A DNA stretch of 64,000 nt from assembly GCA_963924565.1 (NCBI GenBank), contig OZ004608.1, positions 37,820,001 through 37,884,000 of the forward strand, given 5' to 3'. Numbering within the stretch: the stretch's first letter is position 1; the number at the start of each line of letters is the position of its first letter. The position numbers were made by a program, and so were the translations under genes. The notes under the pieces are model-generated. The model worked only from the letters and a program-made list of their open reading frames with translations, made no database searches and had not been told where the DNA came from. Shown piece by piece: positions 1 to 12,856 of the stretch. The stretch is from Ascidiella aspersa (Eukaryota).

Positions 1-1559
1 CAGAAGAAATGTGCAACAAAAATCAAGTATACCTTTTCAATAAATAATGAATATTAGTGAGTTTTATGTTTGGTATTTTAATAATATTTTATTGCCATTT
101 CAAAAGCCGATTTTGACCTGATAGAGCTTATTTAAGTGCATATATCAAATACAGTTTCCTGAAGGAAGCAATTACTGTCTAGTGATGTCTTAATGTGCCA
201 AACCGAACATTTTTTTTATCTTATTAATCGCCTTCTTCTTGTGTCCGCTTCTACACTTTGTATTTACTTTCTACAAAACCCCTAGTCACCAAAATAGGCT
301 TATCTGGTTCTTTCCGTCACGGCAACTTTTTCACCTTCTGTTATGGAATAAACCAGGGATCGAAAAAAACCTAAATAAATTCAACAGTCAATTATGGAGT
401 TTAAACGCATACTTTTTGAGCAGTTCATCTTAACAACTGTAAATACTGTTAATCAAGGGCCTAGGATTTTTGGCAATTGACCATAGGTCTAATTACATTT
501 ACGAAAAAAGCAATAAAGGGTTCACGTGAGGCGCAAAATGCTGCGTTTGCTATGTTAAATTTTGAATTCAGACGGCGTCGTCCATGACCATGATGAAAAA
601 ATGTGATAAAATCTTATAAAAAACTCGATAAATTTATTCGTTAATGCATTTCATGATTTAAAGAATAGCGCGGTTAAAACTCTCGATGTAATGTTCACAT
701 TTAAAATACGCAACGGATCGTGCGAAACGGAATAAAATGCATTAAAATGTACCAAGTTGGTGAAAATGTTATTGATAGATCTATCGTACGCATGGCGCCT
801 TTACGCTAAAAAGCCACCTTAAAACCGCCAATAGAGGTATATACAAGATTAGCTCGAATGCATTTACGTAATTAAACACACAAAAAATGAGGAATGGCCT
901 CGTGCCTACAATTTGTAAAACAGGTGGCGGGTGGTAGGTTGCCGACCCCTGGAATAAACCAAACAAGCTAACACCTATTGCCCTACAGCGCCATTTATAA
1001 AACATTATCTCTAAAGAACTAAAGTAGGTTTCAAACAAGTGTCTTTAAAAGAAAAAGCAATGCATTTAATCGAATTTTATTGACCAACCTTGAAGTAAAA
1101 AATAGTTTGCTGCATTCAGTACATCTTCAACATTTTCACGGTTTATCGTAATTTTTCCAGTGTAGGCGAAATTCAATATTAGCTCAAATGTAGCAGAGTT
1201 TACCGCAGACACTTCAATAACATCTTGGAACTTTTCCTGCATCTAAGTTTGGAAAAACAATGAGTTGAAAATCTTTAAAACCTCTGCAAAATATATAGAG
1301 GAATTTACCTCAGAGAATAAAAGCCTGTTGAAGTAGTCTGACAAATTGGCAAGAATACTTTTGTGCGCGTAAAAATCCATTTCATCACATTTCAATCGAA
1401 TGTCACAAGTTTCGTTGCCATTTTGCCTTTGTCTGGAAAGACAGCAGAAAACTTGCTTATTTTATACAAACTATCACAATATATTGGTTGTAGGGCTACT
1501 TACATGTTGAGCTTTTTCATTAGGTCGCTCACATGACCAGAATCAAAATCCCTTTCCAT
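1..1559 (-). CDS. Kelch-like (BTB-BACK-Kelch) gene copy A, 5' part only (exons 1-4; runs off window)
   Basis: GT-AG exons 1559-1504 (MERDFDSGHVSDLMKKLN), 1432-1309 (QRQNGNETCDIRLKCDEMDFYAHKSILANLSDYFNRLLFSE, BTB), 1242-1089 (MQEKFQD...AYTGKI...AANYFLLQ) and 32-<1 (ILDFCCTFLL). Exon lengths 56/124/154 match the other copies; no lesion in the visible part. Confidence 0.85.
354..951. mobile_element. hAT-like MITE in intron 3 of copy A (paralogous copy 21612-22148 in D)
   Basis: Ends CAGGGATCG / CGACCCCTG; perfect 8-bp TSD GAATAAAC. Confidence 0.75.
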
Positions 1560-3590
1560 TATGCTTTAGTTTTCAAAACTACTATTTCAATAATTTTAAA
1601 GCTAATACGCACTTACTGCTGCTGTATGTTCTTTTTACTGGCTTAACTAAACTGGCAGCTAATTTAGTTCCTCTGGCAGCTAATTTAGTCCCAGAGCGTG
1701 ACGTCACGAAAAAAAGCACCTCCTCATTTCCGTTCATCACTTCTCTTTACTATTTGTATCCAAAGCATCGTCATATAAAGCAAGCTGATCAATCACCATG
1801 CACTTAATATGTCTTTTATATATATTAGGTTTCTGTAATAATAATTAAAGGTGACACATATTTTTTACGGACGTTATACGGATTCTTTACTCTTATTGCA
1901 AATTCCATAATAGCAAAGCATGAACTATTAGTATTAGCCTCATAGATTGTTATATTGGTTGGGATAAATGTTTGTAGTTAGTACCCGCTGTTGGTCTTGA
2001 ATAACCAGCTGATAAACTACTTGACAGGTTTATCTCATTTCAGCATCTGCAACATCTGTCTAATTATTCGACGGGGCCTATAATAACGTGGAAAATGCGA
2101 CTGAATCAGTAATACAGTGCTGTATGTTAGAGTTATTGCTGCATCGCTCTACTTGTGTTGCTGTATGTTTGACCTGGGAACACACAATAGGACCTATAAC
2201 TCAAGGCTCTAACCCTGTAAACACTTGTCCTCTGGGAAGATGTTTCGACACGTAGGTTAAAAGTTTGACTTTTTTATGTATTTATTTGTTGATGTGGTTT
2301 GGATTATTTTCGTCGATTAAGTCATTTTGTGTTATAAATTCTGCAGGTTTTGAGAGAAACAGACAGCATATTATAGCTGGCCTTGGGCCACTGTGAAAGC
2401 AGTCATGGTCATATAGACAATGAAACGGTGCAATTAAAGTACTTGGGAAAGTGTTATATATTTAATTCTTCATCTACTTCAGTGGGCTGGTCGCGTGTAA
2501 GGAGAAAAGCACTTCTCCAATCCTTCATTACCCATTCGTGTGCCTTTCATCGCATTGTAAACACTTGTAACGCGCATATATTGCATGTTTATAGCGACCA
2601 AAATGAAGTTTTAGTGTGTTACGCATTAGTGTGTCTATGGTATTTACGGATGATTCTATCAACATTTATTTTGGTGTAAGTTTCAAATAAGTCCTAAACG
2701 CAATATACATAGTTTTCCGATTAAAATTTTCTTTGTGATCGTTGCAATTGTTTTAACATTTGCAAAGCATTTACGTTATAGGATTCCACTTTTATATAAA
2801 CATATCCCAGGAATCGCGAACATCACTAAATGTTTGAAGTGCTGACTGATGTATAATTGGTAAATGCATATAACAAAAAAACATGTCAAGAAAGCAAACA
2901 AATGAATATTCCAATATAAGGCGAGAACAACTAGAAAGAAAAGCATTCGAAAAAACATAAGATAGCGCTAGATTACATAACACTATTGCTTCTTGAAATC
3001 AATATTTAGTTTAAAGTAAGGATATAACAACTCAATGCTATGTCCTTGACATGCCTTTTTTATCAATAAAAATACCTTATTAGTTTTTAATATTCTAGGC
3101 GAAAAACCAAAACCTATCGAAATAGATTTTAAAAATATTTAAGGGCAGAATTGTAAACACGTTTGTTAGTTTTGTATTTATAAAGTATATCGACTTTTAA
3201 TTTATTAAAGTGAAGCTATTTACAATCAGGACTGTGGAGTCCCGGTCCAACGCGCGCATGCGCAGTACGGAATTTCCAAACTAATAAGATGCAAACTGTA
3301 AATTATGAAGGTGGAATAGCATATTGTGAGATAGGTGACACCCTTATGAGTGGATTGCTGAATATCCAACTTATTTTGCTTACTAAAAGGGTTGAAATAA
3401 AGGATATAGTCGGAGCCGGACTCGGTACTCGGGTTAAGTTTTAACCAACTCCGCAGCCGCCCTGTTTACAACAAAGATACAATAACGCTACAAATATTAC
3501 ACAAAACAGAAAATACAAAAGAAAAACAGAGTTAAGTGAACTATATATATACAAATGGATTATGGATACAAGTTGTTCTTTGTAGATCAC

Positions 3591-6500
3591 TTAATAGTCA
3601 AATGGATTAGAGTAAAGCGGAATTAGATTCCAGTAGTTTGAAAGGTCGTTACTCTCAGCAATAAACCTCCATTCCTCCTTCTCAAAGTTGTATGAATACA
3701 CTTTCACCATCTGACGACTGCGTGAAAAGATAAAAAATATTTGGTAAAAAAGACAAGAGAAGAAACGTCAAAAACATATGAACAAACACAAGATGGCACT
3801 GTCGTGCTAATAACAATAAACACCCTGATTTCATCTGAAGTCCAACTTATCTATACACAACTCTGTTAAACTTCCCAGTTATGCTTAAAGGTGGTGATTT
3901 TAAATTAAACGTTGCGGTCGTGATCATTCATGGCAGTGGTTCTGCAATCCCAACTAGTAACGTATACGTTTTTGTGAAGTATTTTTGACACTGGAAAAAA
4001 CGGTGTAACTTTTGGCATTAATGGCAAACGATACTATCAGCCTTACAATGTTTAAGTTTCGGACATTTGTATTCAAATTATGTTATCATCTTGGTGTTAC
4101 GAATTTTTTAATTGATGCAGTTTATACTCGGTTATATTTTCAAAGAGAGCAGTAAGACTGAATACAGCCCTTTTTAATGCTTAGAGTGCAAAAACAAAAC
4201 ACAGGGTTTGAAATAAGTACAACGGTCGAACTCCATAACCGTAGGTTCCGACCCTATAGTAAGTGAACGTTGCACAGTTTGGGAATTACTCTTTTATAAA
4301 TTTGTAGTTTTATCTATTATTAGTGATCCAAGTACCAAAAGAACTGTAGAGTAAATCACTTAATATTACAATAAATAAACACTAGAAGTAAACATTTAGT
4401 ATAACAACATGCATCACATTGTTTAAATTTTCATGTTGGATTCGTTCTAAATAACCAACAGAAATATCACAAAATAATCAAATAATCAAGTTTATCACCT
4501 TTCATATGAAATCACAAACTCCCCATGAGCTATGCAAGCGTCACGGAATTCATCAACGTCATCTTTTGCAGTGACGTCACTCGAATCACCGCTCTCTGGT
4601 TCGTACTTCTTCAAGGTCAACTTGGTGACCTCTACAAAGTAAAATAGGTTAAAAATTGCAAAAAAAACAACATTTTTACCACGATACGTAAGAGGAAACA
4701 AATAGAGTTTCATTTAAATAATATTGTGATTACAAAATTTTTGTGTTTCTGTTTGTTGCGTAATTTAAATACTATGTTACCGGTATTTTATTTACGGTAT
4801 TATGTTGTACGACATACTTTAGGAACTTAGGAAATCTAAACGGAATATAACTTAATCATTATGATGTATTAAACATACCGAGCTTTGTTTCGAGTGTAAT
4901 ATATGTAGAAAACACAAACTCACTCTTACAAACCACGTACAACTGATCCTCCATTGCCACAAGCTTTACACAACCTTTTGGTAATTGATGCATCAATGTT
5001 GATGTTTCAGTAACAGGGTTGTACTTCTCACATGTGAGATTGCCATAATTCAGAGCGTATAACATGTCTGAAAAGAGTTGGGTATAATAAGGAAGATTTT
5101 AATAGACTCTGTTATTACAACTACTGTATATCCACAGTTAGAATAAAATGAGGTATACGGTGCATTTCTGTTAAAATGTATTCATCCAATGTACGTTTAA
5201 GTGCAAAATAACTAATATAAAGTGAATATTATCAAGATAGAAGTAGTACGACTGCAGCACACACAAATTCGTGCAGCATACCTAATCATTTATTTCCATT
5301 TTGTCGAATTTGCAGCACGCGTAAAAATTCTGCACCGTTTAAACATGAAAATAATATTTAAAATTTTAGAGGTCTAATTCAAATTACAGTTTTTCTAACT
5401 TATACAATGTAAACGATAAGGTTATACCGCTCCTAAAAGCTTGTTTAACAGTTATATATTTTTTTATATATCCATAGGCTAGGCACGTGGACTCAAAACT
5501 TTAAATCCTGCTAAATACATGTATTTTATGCAATTTTTAGGTTTTCTCCAGAATCTCATATGTCTGTTTAATCCTAATTATCACCTCTTCAACTTGAAAG
5601 TTTAACAACATTAACGCATTATATAATTTGTTGTTATTTTTGTTAAACAATAGAGCTGCTCGGTAATTGGCTCACAACTTATTTGTTAAATTAATCTCGA
5701 TAATGCTCAATAAGACACTTCCTTTTTACGTAAAATAATTATAGGAATTTTAAAACTAATAATCCTAGGTTTTTGCGAACGCATTGCCTCGGTGAGCTTA
5801 TTTAAACTATTCTACACCTAGAAAATCAAGTTTTTTAACGTTACTTGCTTTATGACGTCATCTTTAAAAAATGAATTTTATCCCCACTTCAAACCAGCAT
5901 CCTGGACCACTTTCGTTAAAAGTAGGGCGTTTATTTTTTGACTTGTCAAAAAAGTCAAAACGTTAAGTACAAATCGATTAAAAATTCACATAAATCGTTT
6001 ACAAATTAAAAAAAATATTTTTAGTCATATTTTTTAAATTGTCGTTCAGTTCAAATTAAAAAAAAGTTTTAAGTTATATTCGACGATATTTTAACTGTAT
6101 TTTTTTAGAGATATATATGATGACGTTGTGCTCGAACGTTTTTGCTTTATATAGTTATGTATCTCTGATTAGGACAAATGTTTTAAACAGTATTGCTGTC
6201 TATTTTCGCTTGTGATTTGCAATTATCCTATTTCCTATTTCGATAACTAGGTTTTTGTTAATTTTCGCAAATTATTTGTAAGTGTATTTTAACTGTTTAC
6301 GCAACATTTTCTAAAATAACCAGCGTTTGGCATTTTCGTAGTTGTTTGTCTTTGTGATATGCTAAATATAACAACTAAGCTTTTAAGAGTTCTGCATAAT
6401 CCCCAAAAAATATTTGATTTGTGAACCAGCAATCGTCATTGAAAGATCTTAAACATGTGGTTGACGAAGCCACGACACTAATGCAGTACTCCAAACAACA

Positions 6501-9351
6501 ATATGTTGTTTAAATCAATGTATTTTTAATAGGTTAAAATTTTTAAAAAGATATATATATGTTTAGGTCAAAATTTGTCAAAATTTTAATTTTTCAGGTT
6601 AAAATTTGTGCTTTTTGAGGTCAAAAAATAATCGCCCTACCTATAAGATTTTTACTTTACATATTGACTGACCAAGTAACGACCCTAACTTGCAATAAAG
6701 TGAATGGAAGTTATAGGGATCGGGTTTACCCGGGTAAAAGTGTAGCAAGATTCTAGATTTTGCTAGGTCTCAATAAAAGTAAGTCGTCCAGTTAAGCAAG
6801 TAATAACACTTGTTATATATTACCAAGAACAAAATTTACCTTTGTAGGCGACAAGGTCAAGGGAGCCCTTTCTGCAATCTTTCATTCTTATCCATTCATT
6901 TCCCTCTTCGTCAGGTTTGAGTTTTCTTGGTGTCACCCAGGTCCTACTTTCATCGTCCACTGCATAACCACCGAACACATACAGCCCTGGATAGACTCTC
7001 GTAGGACACATAGGAAATTTACGCTCTGCAGACCGCAGGTTGCACACCCCTGATTTAACATATAGACAGTGTCCATTCTCTTATATATCTACTTTGCATG
7101 TTTCGAAGTAAATAGCCTGCTCTATTTTTATCAATACATTGAGTCATTGATTTTACTTTAGTTATTTATTTTAATCTGAGAAGTTTAAAAGCGATGATCA
7201 TTGTTACCATTAAGAACAGCAACTCCAGCATTTCGTCGATTTGCGGTAGTGGAAGGTTGTTTCTCCCAAACCTTATTTGGTGATCTTACATCCAGTCTGA
7301 ACACTGTGTCAGTTCTGTTTTCCTCATCGCTAGAACCACCGATCATATATAAGTAGTTCTTGTACATTGCGAAGCCGGCTTGTCGTCGTGGCTCGTTTAG
7401 TATCTACAAAACAATAACACATAGACAGGAAAAGTCAAATAAAACTGCAAAAATTAACTTACCGCCATTTGTTTTTCAACTTTTGCATTTACGTCGAACA
7501 TTTTTAGGATGGTTGAATTTTCGTTCATGATCAAAATGCTCCATTCTGGACCTGTTTGAAAAGTATCATTTGTCAGACATTATTAACATCTGTATTTTTA
7601 ATTCATTTGAATAATAATGCTTTATAATGTCAAAAAAGTCATTAACTGATAATAATTAACAAAATAATTCAGCCGCAAGCTATGAGGGATATTAAAGTAA
7701 TCTAAGCTACTTACGAGGTCCATGTAAATGCTTCATGTGCTTTGCTATTCGCAGTAGACATTCCTGAAACGACTGAACCAGACTCTTTAAATGTTAAAGG
7801 TAAATTAATTAAAGCGATTTTGAAATATTAAAGTGTTTAATGATTTATTGGCACAAACTTGTATTTAAGTTACCTCGCCAGCCAAGTCAAAGCAAAAAAA
7901 CGAAAGGCTTAGTATGTTAAAATCAATCATCTCAAAAAGTTCTGGAAATGAATGTTTTCTTTCTTCCAAATCGTGTTTCACCCAAGCCACTGTGAATTGA
8001 AAAGCTCTCTCTTCACTCTTTACCTACAAATTGAGAATGTAAGTCCCATTTAGTGTCATTTAAACAAATATAGAAATCAATTAATACAAAATGTTTACAT
8101 CCTTTGATCTGGCTCGTAGAAATTCCCCAAATGTTGTTCTATCCATTGTATTAATAGCCTCAACATCAGTCAAAATTGTAAAGTTATTGGTGATAAATTG
8201 TTTAGCTGGTTTTTCCAATGAATCTATCAGCAAATTTTTTCCACTTTTCCAACAATGTACGGCGTTGTTGTAATCCAATGTTTCCAGAAGAAATGTGCAA
8301 CAAAAATCGAGTAAATCTTTAAAGGAAACAAACAATATGAGTAAGTTATATCAGTGTTTCTTAATCCGGTGAATGGTTCACTCCAGGCTGAATAAAATTT
8401 TTCCAGGGGTGAACCAACCAAAAGGGGTAAATAAGGGTGAACAGTCAGAAATGGATGATAGTCCATTGTTTTTCTAAACTTTGTGACTGTGTTTTACGCT
8501 TTTGTAGCCTTGTATCTGGAGTGCAATTGTATATTTGCAATGGTAAAACTTAGGTGTTATATGTAGAAACAACTTAAGTCATTTTGTGCTGATATATATA
8601 GACGAGATAGTTTTATCATATCAGACAAGGGTGAATGAAATCTGAAGATAGATGCTAGGGGTGAACAAAACTAAAAAAGTTTAAGAAGCACTAAGTTATA
8701 TCATAATGCAAACCTAAGCTTTGTAAACAACCTGACAAGTTGATACGGAAAAAATTTAACCTATATTAAATTACAGCCATTGCTCGTTTAACGCGTTCGC
8801 AAAATGAAGCCTAATGTGGAACTTTTAGGATTTTAAATGGAAATATTAACCACGATTTTATTGACTTACCTTTAGCCAAAAAATAGTTTGCTGCATTCAG
8901 TAAATCGTCCACGTTTTCACGATTTGTTGTGATTTTTCCAGTGTAGGCAAAATTCAATATTAGCTCAAATGTAGCGGAGTTTACCGCAGAAATTTCAATC
9001 ACATCTTGGAACTTTTCTTGCATCTAAACTTTGACAATATTTAAAGTTATGAATACTTCCCAGAAAAATATATTTAGGAATTCACCTCATAGAATAAAAG
9101 CCTGTTGAAGTATTCTGATAAATTTGCAAGAATATTTTTGTGCGCGTAAAAATCCTTTCCATCACATTTCAATCGAATGTCACAAGTTTTGTCGCCATTT
9201 TGCCTTTGTCTGAAGAAAGATCAAAACTTGCAAGAGACAGCAGAAAACCATATTTCTAAAGATTTTTGTGACGTACTAGTTGCAAATTTACTTACATGTT
9301 AAGCTTTTTCATTAGGTCGCTAGCATGACCAGAATCAAAGTCCCTTTCCAT
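3591..9351 (-). CDS. Kelch-like (BTB-BACK-Kelch) protein copy B, intact, 12 exons, 535 aa
   Basis: Exons 9351-9296, 9209-9086, 9023-8870, 8316-8099, 8023-7874, 7784-7715, 7551-7463, 7403-7208, 6986-6840, 5067-4924, 4631-4499, 3717-3591. All GT-AG, phases consistent, 1608 nt, ends PFDY*. BTB (CDIRLKC..FYAHKNILA..SEYF; FAYTGKI; AANYF), BACK (FCCTFL; EERAFQFTVAWVKHD..ERK) and Kelch motifs (LYMIGG, AGVAVLNG, LYVFGG, EKYNP). Confidence 0.9.
8352..8693. mobile_element. hAT-like MITE in intron 3 of copy B (also 30052-30393 in E; same family at 17365-17604 in D intron 10)
   Basis: TIR CAGTGTTTCTTAA / TTAAGAAGCACT(G); 8-bp TSD AGTTATAT; repeated GGGTGAA subterminal motifs; absent from intron 3 of F. 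Confidence 0.85.
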
Positions 9352-9415
9352 TTTTATTGTTTCGTTCGCAAAGTGTTTCAATAATATAATCTGCAGATTA
9401 TCTACTTTCTACTTT

Positions 9416-10488
9416 TGGTCCAACTGTTTTTCATCGCGGGCCAAAACCAATTTTTTTTTATCTTGCGGGCCAATGTTTTTAAATAGCGATTTTAGGCTTA
9501 TTCTTGGCAAATTATACATAGACCATGGCAGTGGTTCTTGGCCCTTTTTTCAGCAGCGCCCCACTTTGGTAATTTTTCTTTCGCAACCCCTACGAAAAGC
9601 AATTCGGCATTTTTTATTAAATGTCAGTAAGACAACTCGAAAATAGGGAAGGTTGTTGTCGGTCGCGCGAAGCGCGAAAAAAAATGAGTTTAATTATTTG
9701 AAGTGGCGCTAAACTATAAATTTAGGACGCTTTTCGCATTGGGCACACAACAAAGTGCTCGTGCTCGACACATTGATTTAAACAGTACGTTATCTTGTTT
9801 CAAAAGATGTGACAACACACAATACAACGGCCATATTGCAAAAACATTATAGAATCGCGCAAAAAAGTTTGAGTTCTCCTGTTGCTAGTCTGTTATCATA
9901 TATAAAATATGGATAAAAAATAGTTTGAACGGGGGATGACTTTTATCGTTTATCTATAAGTTAGAAAAATTTTAATTAAACAGGGCCGTTATACATTCGA
10001 TGATATGAAAACATGCAATGGCACTCAAAGAGACTTTGGACTAAAACATAGTCAAGAAAAGAAGGAAATTTTTTGCAGTTTTAATGTTAAACATGGCAAA
10101 AACAGAGTTTGTATCCTACAGCGCTGTAGGAGTGGTGTACAACCCAAACGAAAGCATTAAAATCATTGCAAAAAGTTAAATATTGACTTGGAGCTCGCCC
10201 CCCCCCTAAGAATTGCTTGGCGACCCCTAGGGAGGTGCGCCTACCAGGTTAAGAACCGCTGGCCTATGGCATATATACTAACTTTGAAATCTACATCTTT
10301 GTTCAGCTAGGGTAGTTATGAAATCACAACGGATCATTTACGAAGTTTTTTTGTCCATTACAATAAAAATAAATCAAAATTGAAGTGATATTGCTAGATT
10401 GCAGCAAAGCTGACTCTCAGTTCGCGGGCCAAAAAAGTGTAACTCGCGGGCCAACTTTGGCCCGAGGGCCTGCAGTTGGACCACACTG
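9416..10488. mobile_element. Nested hAT-like MITEs just upstream of the copy B start (inner element 9529-10261; duplicated at ~31116-32200)
   Basis: Outer ends TGGTCCAACTG / CAGTTGGACCACACTG with CGCGGGCC motifs. Inner CAGTGGTTCTT / AAGAACCGCTG with imperfect TSD GACCATGG/GCCTATGG. Confidence 0.75.
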
Positions 10489-10599
10489 ATCTAGATCTAG
10501 CAAAAACTCGGCTACCGAATTACAAAAACTCGGCTACCGAATCTATGACAAAACGTTTGCGACCACGGGTTTACAGTGTAGTAGTTTAAAGCTAATTAC

Positions 10600-10655
10600 T
10601 TCTTGAGCTTTGTCATAACGTCACTGACATGACCAGAATCAAGTTTTCTTGACGT
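10600..10655 (-). other. Duplicate exon-1-like segment upstream of copy B
   Basis: 56 nt, same length as exon 1: ACG TCA AGA AAA CTT GAT TCT GGT CAT GTC AGT GAC GTT ATG ACA AAG CTC AAG AA|gtaatt (..DSGHVSDVMTKLK), intact phase-2 donor. Adjacent 10660-10770 resembles the upstream region of copies A/D. Confidence 0.75.
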
Positions 10656-10975
10656 TACAAGCGTTTTGAACTACCATTCAAACACTAAATAGCTTCCTTC
10701 AGGCTCCTTACAAAGCTGCTCTACCAAGTCCAACTGACAGGTACTTTAGTTCCTCTTTGGAAAACGCTTTTCCATTGTCGCGTACAATAACAGCCGATCG
10801 TTGTCCGTAGGGTGAGTCTCCTTTCTCTCAATATCAAATATCCGCTCATACTACAACATTTCGTCTGGATTTTGTTTTGCCATTACAGCATTCCCTCAAA
10901 CCGTCTCGCTGGCATCGTGTTACGCCGCGCATTTTTTGTTGTGTATTTTTTTAATTGTTAAAAGCTATCCTAGAT

Positions 10976-11246
10976 CAGGTTGTCGGCCACCTTTTATATA
11001 ATGGGCCGGATAACATTATGGATTGGTAACTTCGTGCCGAAAATACATTTTGTTTCAAACTTTATTAACTGGATTATCTTTAAGTTACAAAACTGTTTCT
11101 ATGCAACAAAAAAATATGTGAGCTTCAAAGTAAATTGTCGTTCATTGAAAAATTTAATTAAGAATTGCATCGGACAATATTCCAACTGTCATAATATTGG
11201 CGCACCGGCAAAAACTAACTCTGTGGGCCAGATTTGGTGAACCCTG
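10976..11246. mobile_element. Degenerate hAT-like MITE
   Basis: CAGGTTGTCGGCCA...TGGTGAACCCTG; imperfect TSD TCCTAGAT/ACCTACAT; decayed copy from ~32700. Confidence 0.5.
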
Positions 11247-11894
11247 ACCTACATTCAACTTTTATCACTAATAGCTTAACTTGTTTAAATTGGAAGTCGA
11301 GCCTAAAAATAAGTCAAATGTTTATCCTCTTAGGAAAGAAATTCCTGAATATCCTTTTCAAATGTAAAACCTAGTTTTTATAATACACAAAAGCTTAAAT
11401 GTAGCGCGAATAATCTCAAAACGCTTTTTGTAATCATATCATACAACCACAAGATTTGGTTTTGAACAAACACAGAAAAACTAAAACGTCAAGGTTGGCG
11501 AAAATATGCATTAATTTTCCGACTAGTGTTATGTTTCTCAATTTGCTGCTAGTGTTATGTTTCTCAATTTGCTGCTAGTGTTATGTTTCTAAGAGAACCG
11601 TACATGAAATTAAACGAAAATAGCTCATCTGAAATTATATTATTCTCAAACGTTTCGACGTTTTAAACAAGGTAAATGCTCCTTATGCTTGACAACAACC
11701 GTTTAATGCAAAATATTGGCAACGTTTTCGTTTGTAAGCTGTGGTCAACTTATTATAGTAACTATTGACGCTAGACCAAAAATAACCTCAGATTTGATAT
11801 CAGGGGCCCAAAATACATCCAAATAAACTAGAAAATTCAGATAAACAAAAATTTGTTGTCTAGTGTTATAGTAATTAATGCATTCGCATTATGT

Positions 11895-12190
11895 ATGACT
11901 TAAATGACTTGAACTTAAGTTACTGTTTTTAAATGACTGGACTGGACTTAAGTAGTTTGACCAAAATGACTTGACTTACCTCTTGGATCAAGTCATTGTG
12001 TCAAATAACTTGGGTTAAAATTAAGTGATTTCATTGAATATTTATTGATAAAATTGGAATATTAACCTGAAATTTTGCGCATAAAATAAGGGGAGTTGAC
12101 TTGTAAGCTCTAATTATGACTTGGACTGGGACTTGTTATTTTCTGCAAGAGGCTTGACTCGGACTTCAGTTATTTTCAAAACGACTTGTT
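11895..12190. repeat. GACTTG/GACTTA-rich transposon subterminal repeat (also ~33940-34235)
   Basis: Many dispersed AAATGACTTG / GACTTGGACT motifs; termini not resolved. Confidence 0.5.
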
Positions 12191-12856
12191 TTTAAATTGC
12201 CTTTAAAAAGCTATTCTCCCGCCGGTCGCTTTTGAGGAATATAACAGGCGTGTCTACTATTTTCTCCAAACTAATTGGGTAACAAACTGTTGCAAAGGTG
12301 GAATAGGTCATTAAACCTTTCCATTCTTATATTAGGGTCGGTGAGATAGTTGACACCCTTATGAGTGGATTGCTGAATATCCACCTTATTTTGGTTTCGT
12401 AAAGCGGTGAAATACAGGATATAGTTGGAGACGGACTCGGGACTCGACAGAGTCGGTTAATTTCGTTGTACTCGGGACTCGAGTAAGACTACATAAAACT
12501 ACCCGAGTCCCAAGTCCGACGGAAATTTCGAAACTAATAAGGCCGCAAAATGTAAATTATAACGATTTTGGTTACTTAAAGGGTTGAAATACAGGATATA
12601 GTCGGAGCCGGACTCGGGACTCGACGATCGCATATTTGGCCTGAGTAGGAATCGGGGCTTTGGTAAATTAGTTTGACCGGAGTTGGAGTCGGTTAATTTT
12701 TGGGTCGGAGTTCGATTGGGGTTAGTTTTAACCGACTTCGCAGCGGCTAACAACAATGATACAACAACGTTACAAACACAAAATACCAAAAACATGTTTA
12801 AATGATTTTTGTTTGTACAAATCGTTTATGGATACAAGTTGTTCTTTGTAGATCAC

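Noticed and set aside
4499-4530. Non-canonical donor after ...IAHG (CATG|GGGAGT)
   Set aside because: A canonical GT donor ~25 nt further on (GAAAG|gtga) gives the correct phase with the last exon in all copies.
8091-8273. Plus-strand ORFs overlapping Kelch exons (also 29791, 39384, 40078, 38405, 21194)
   Set aside because: Antisense shadows of the minus-strand exons.
10114-10131. Perfect 18-bp palindrome TCCTACAGCGCTGTAGGA as a regulatory site
   Set aside because: Lies inside a nested MITE and recurs only through the segmental duplication; no independent support.
11520-12740. CRISPR-like array from short recurring motifs
   Set aside because: Eukaryotic context; the motifs are short, irregularly spaced transposon subterminal repeats or simple tandem duplications without unique spacers.
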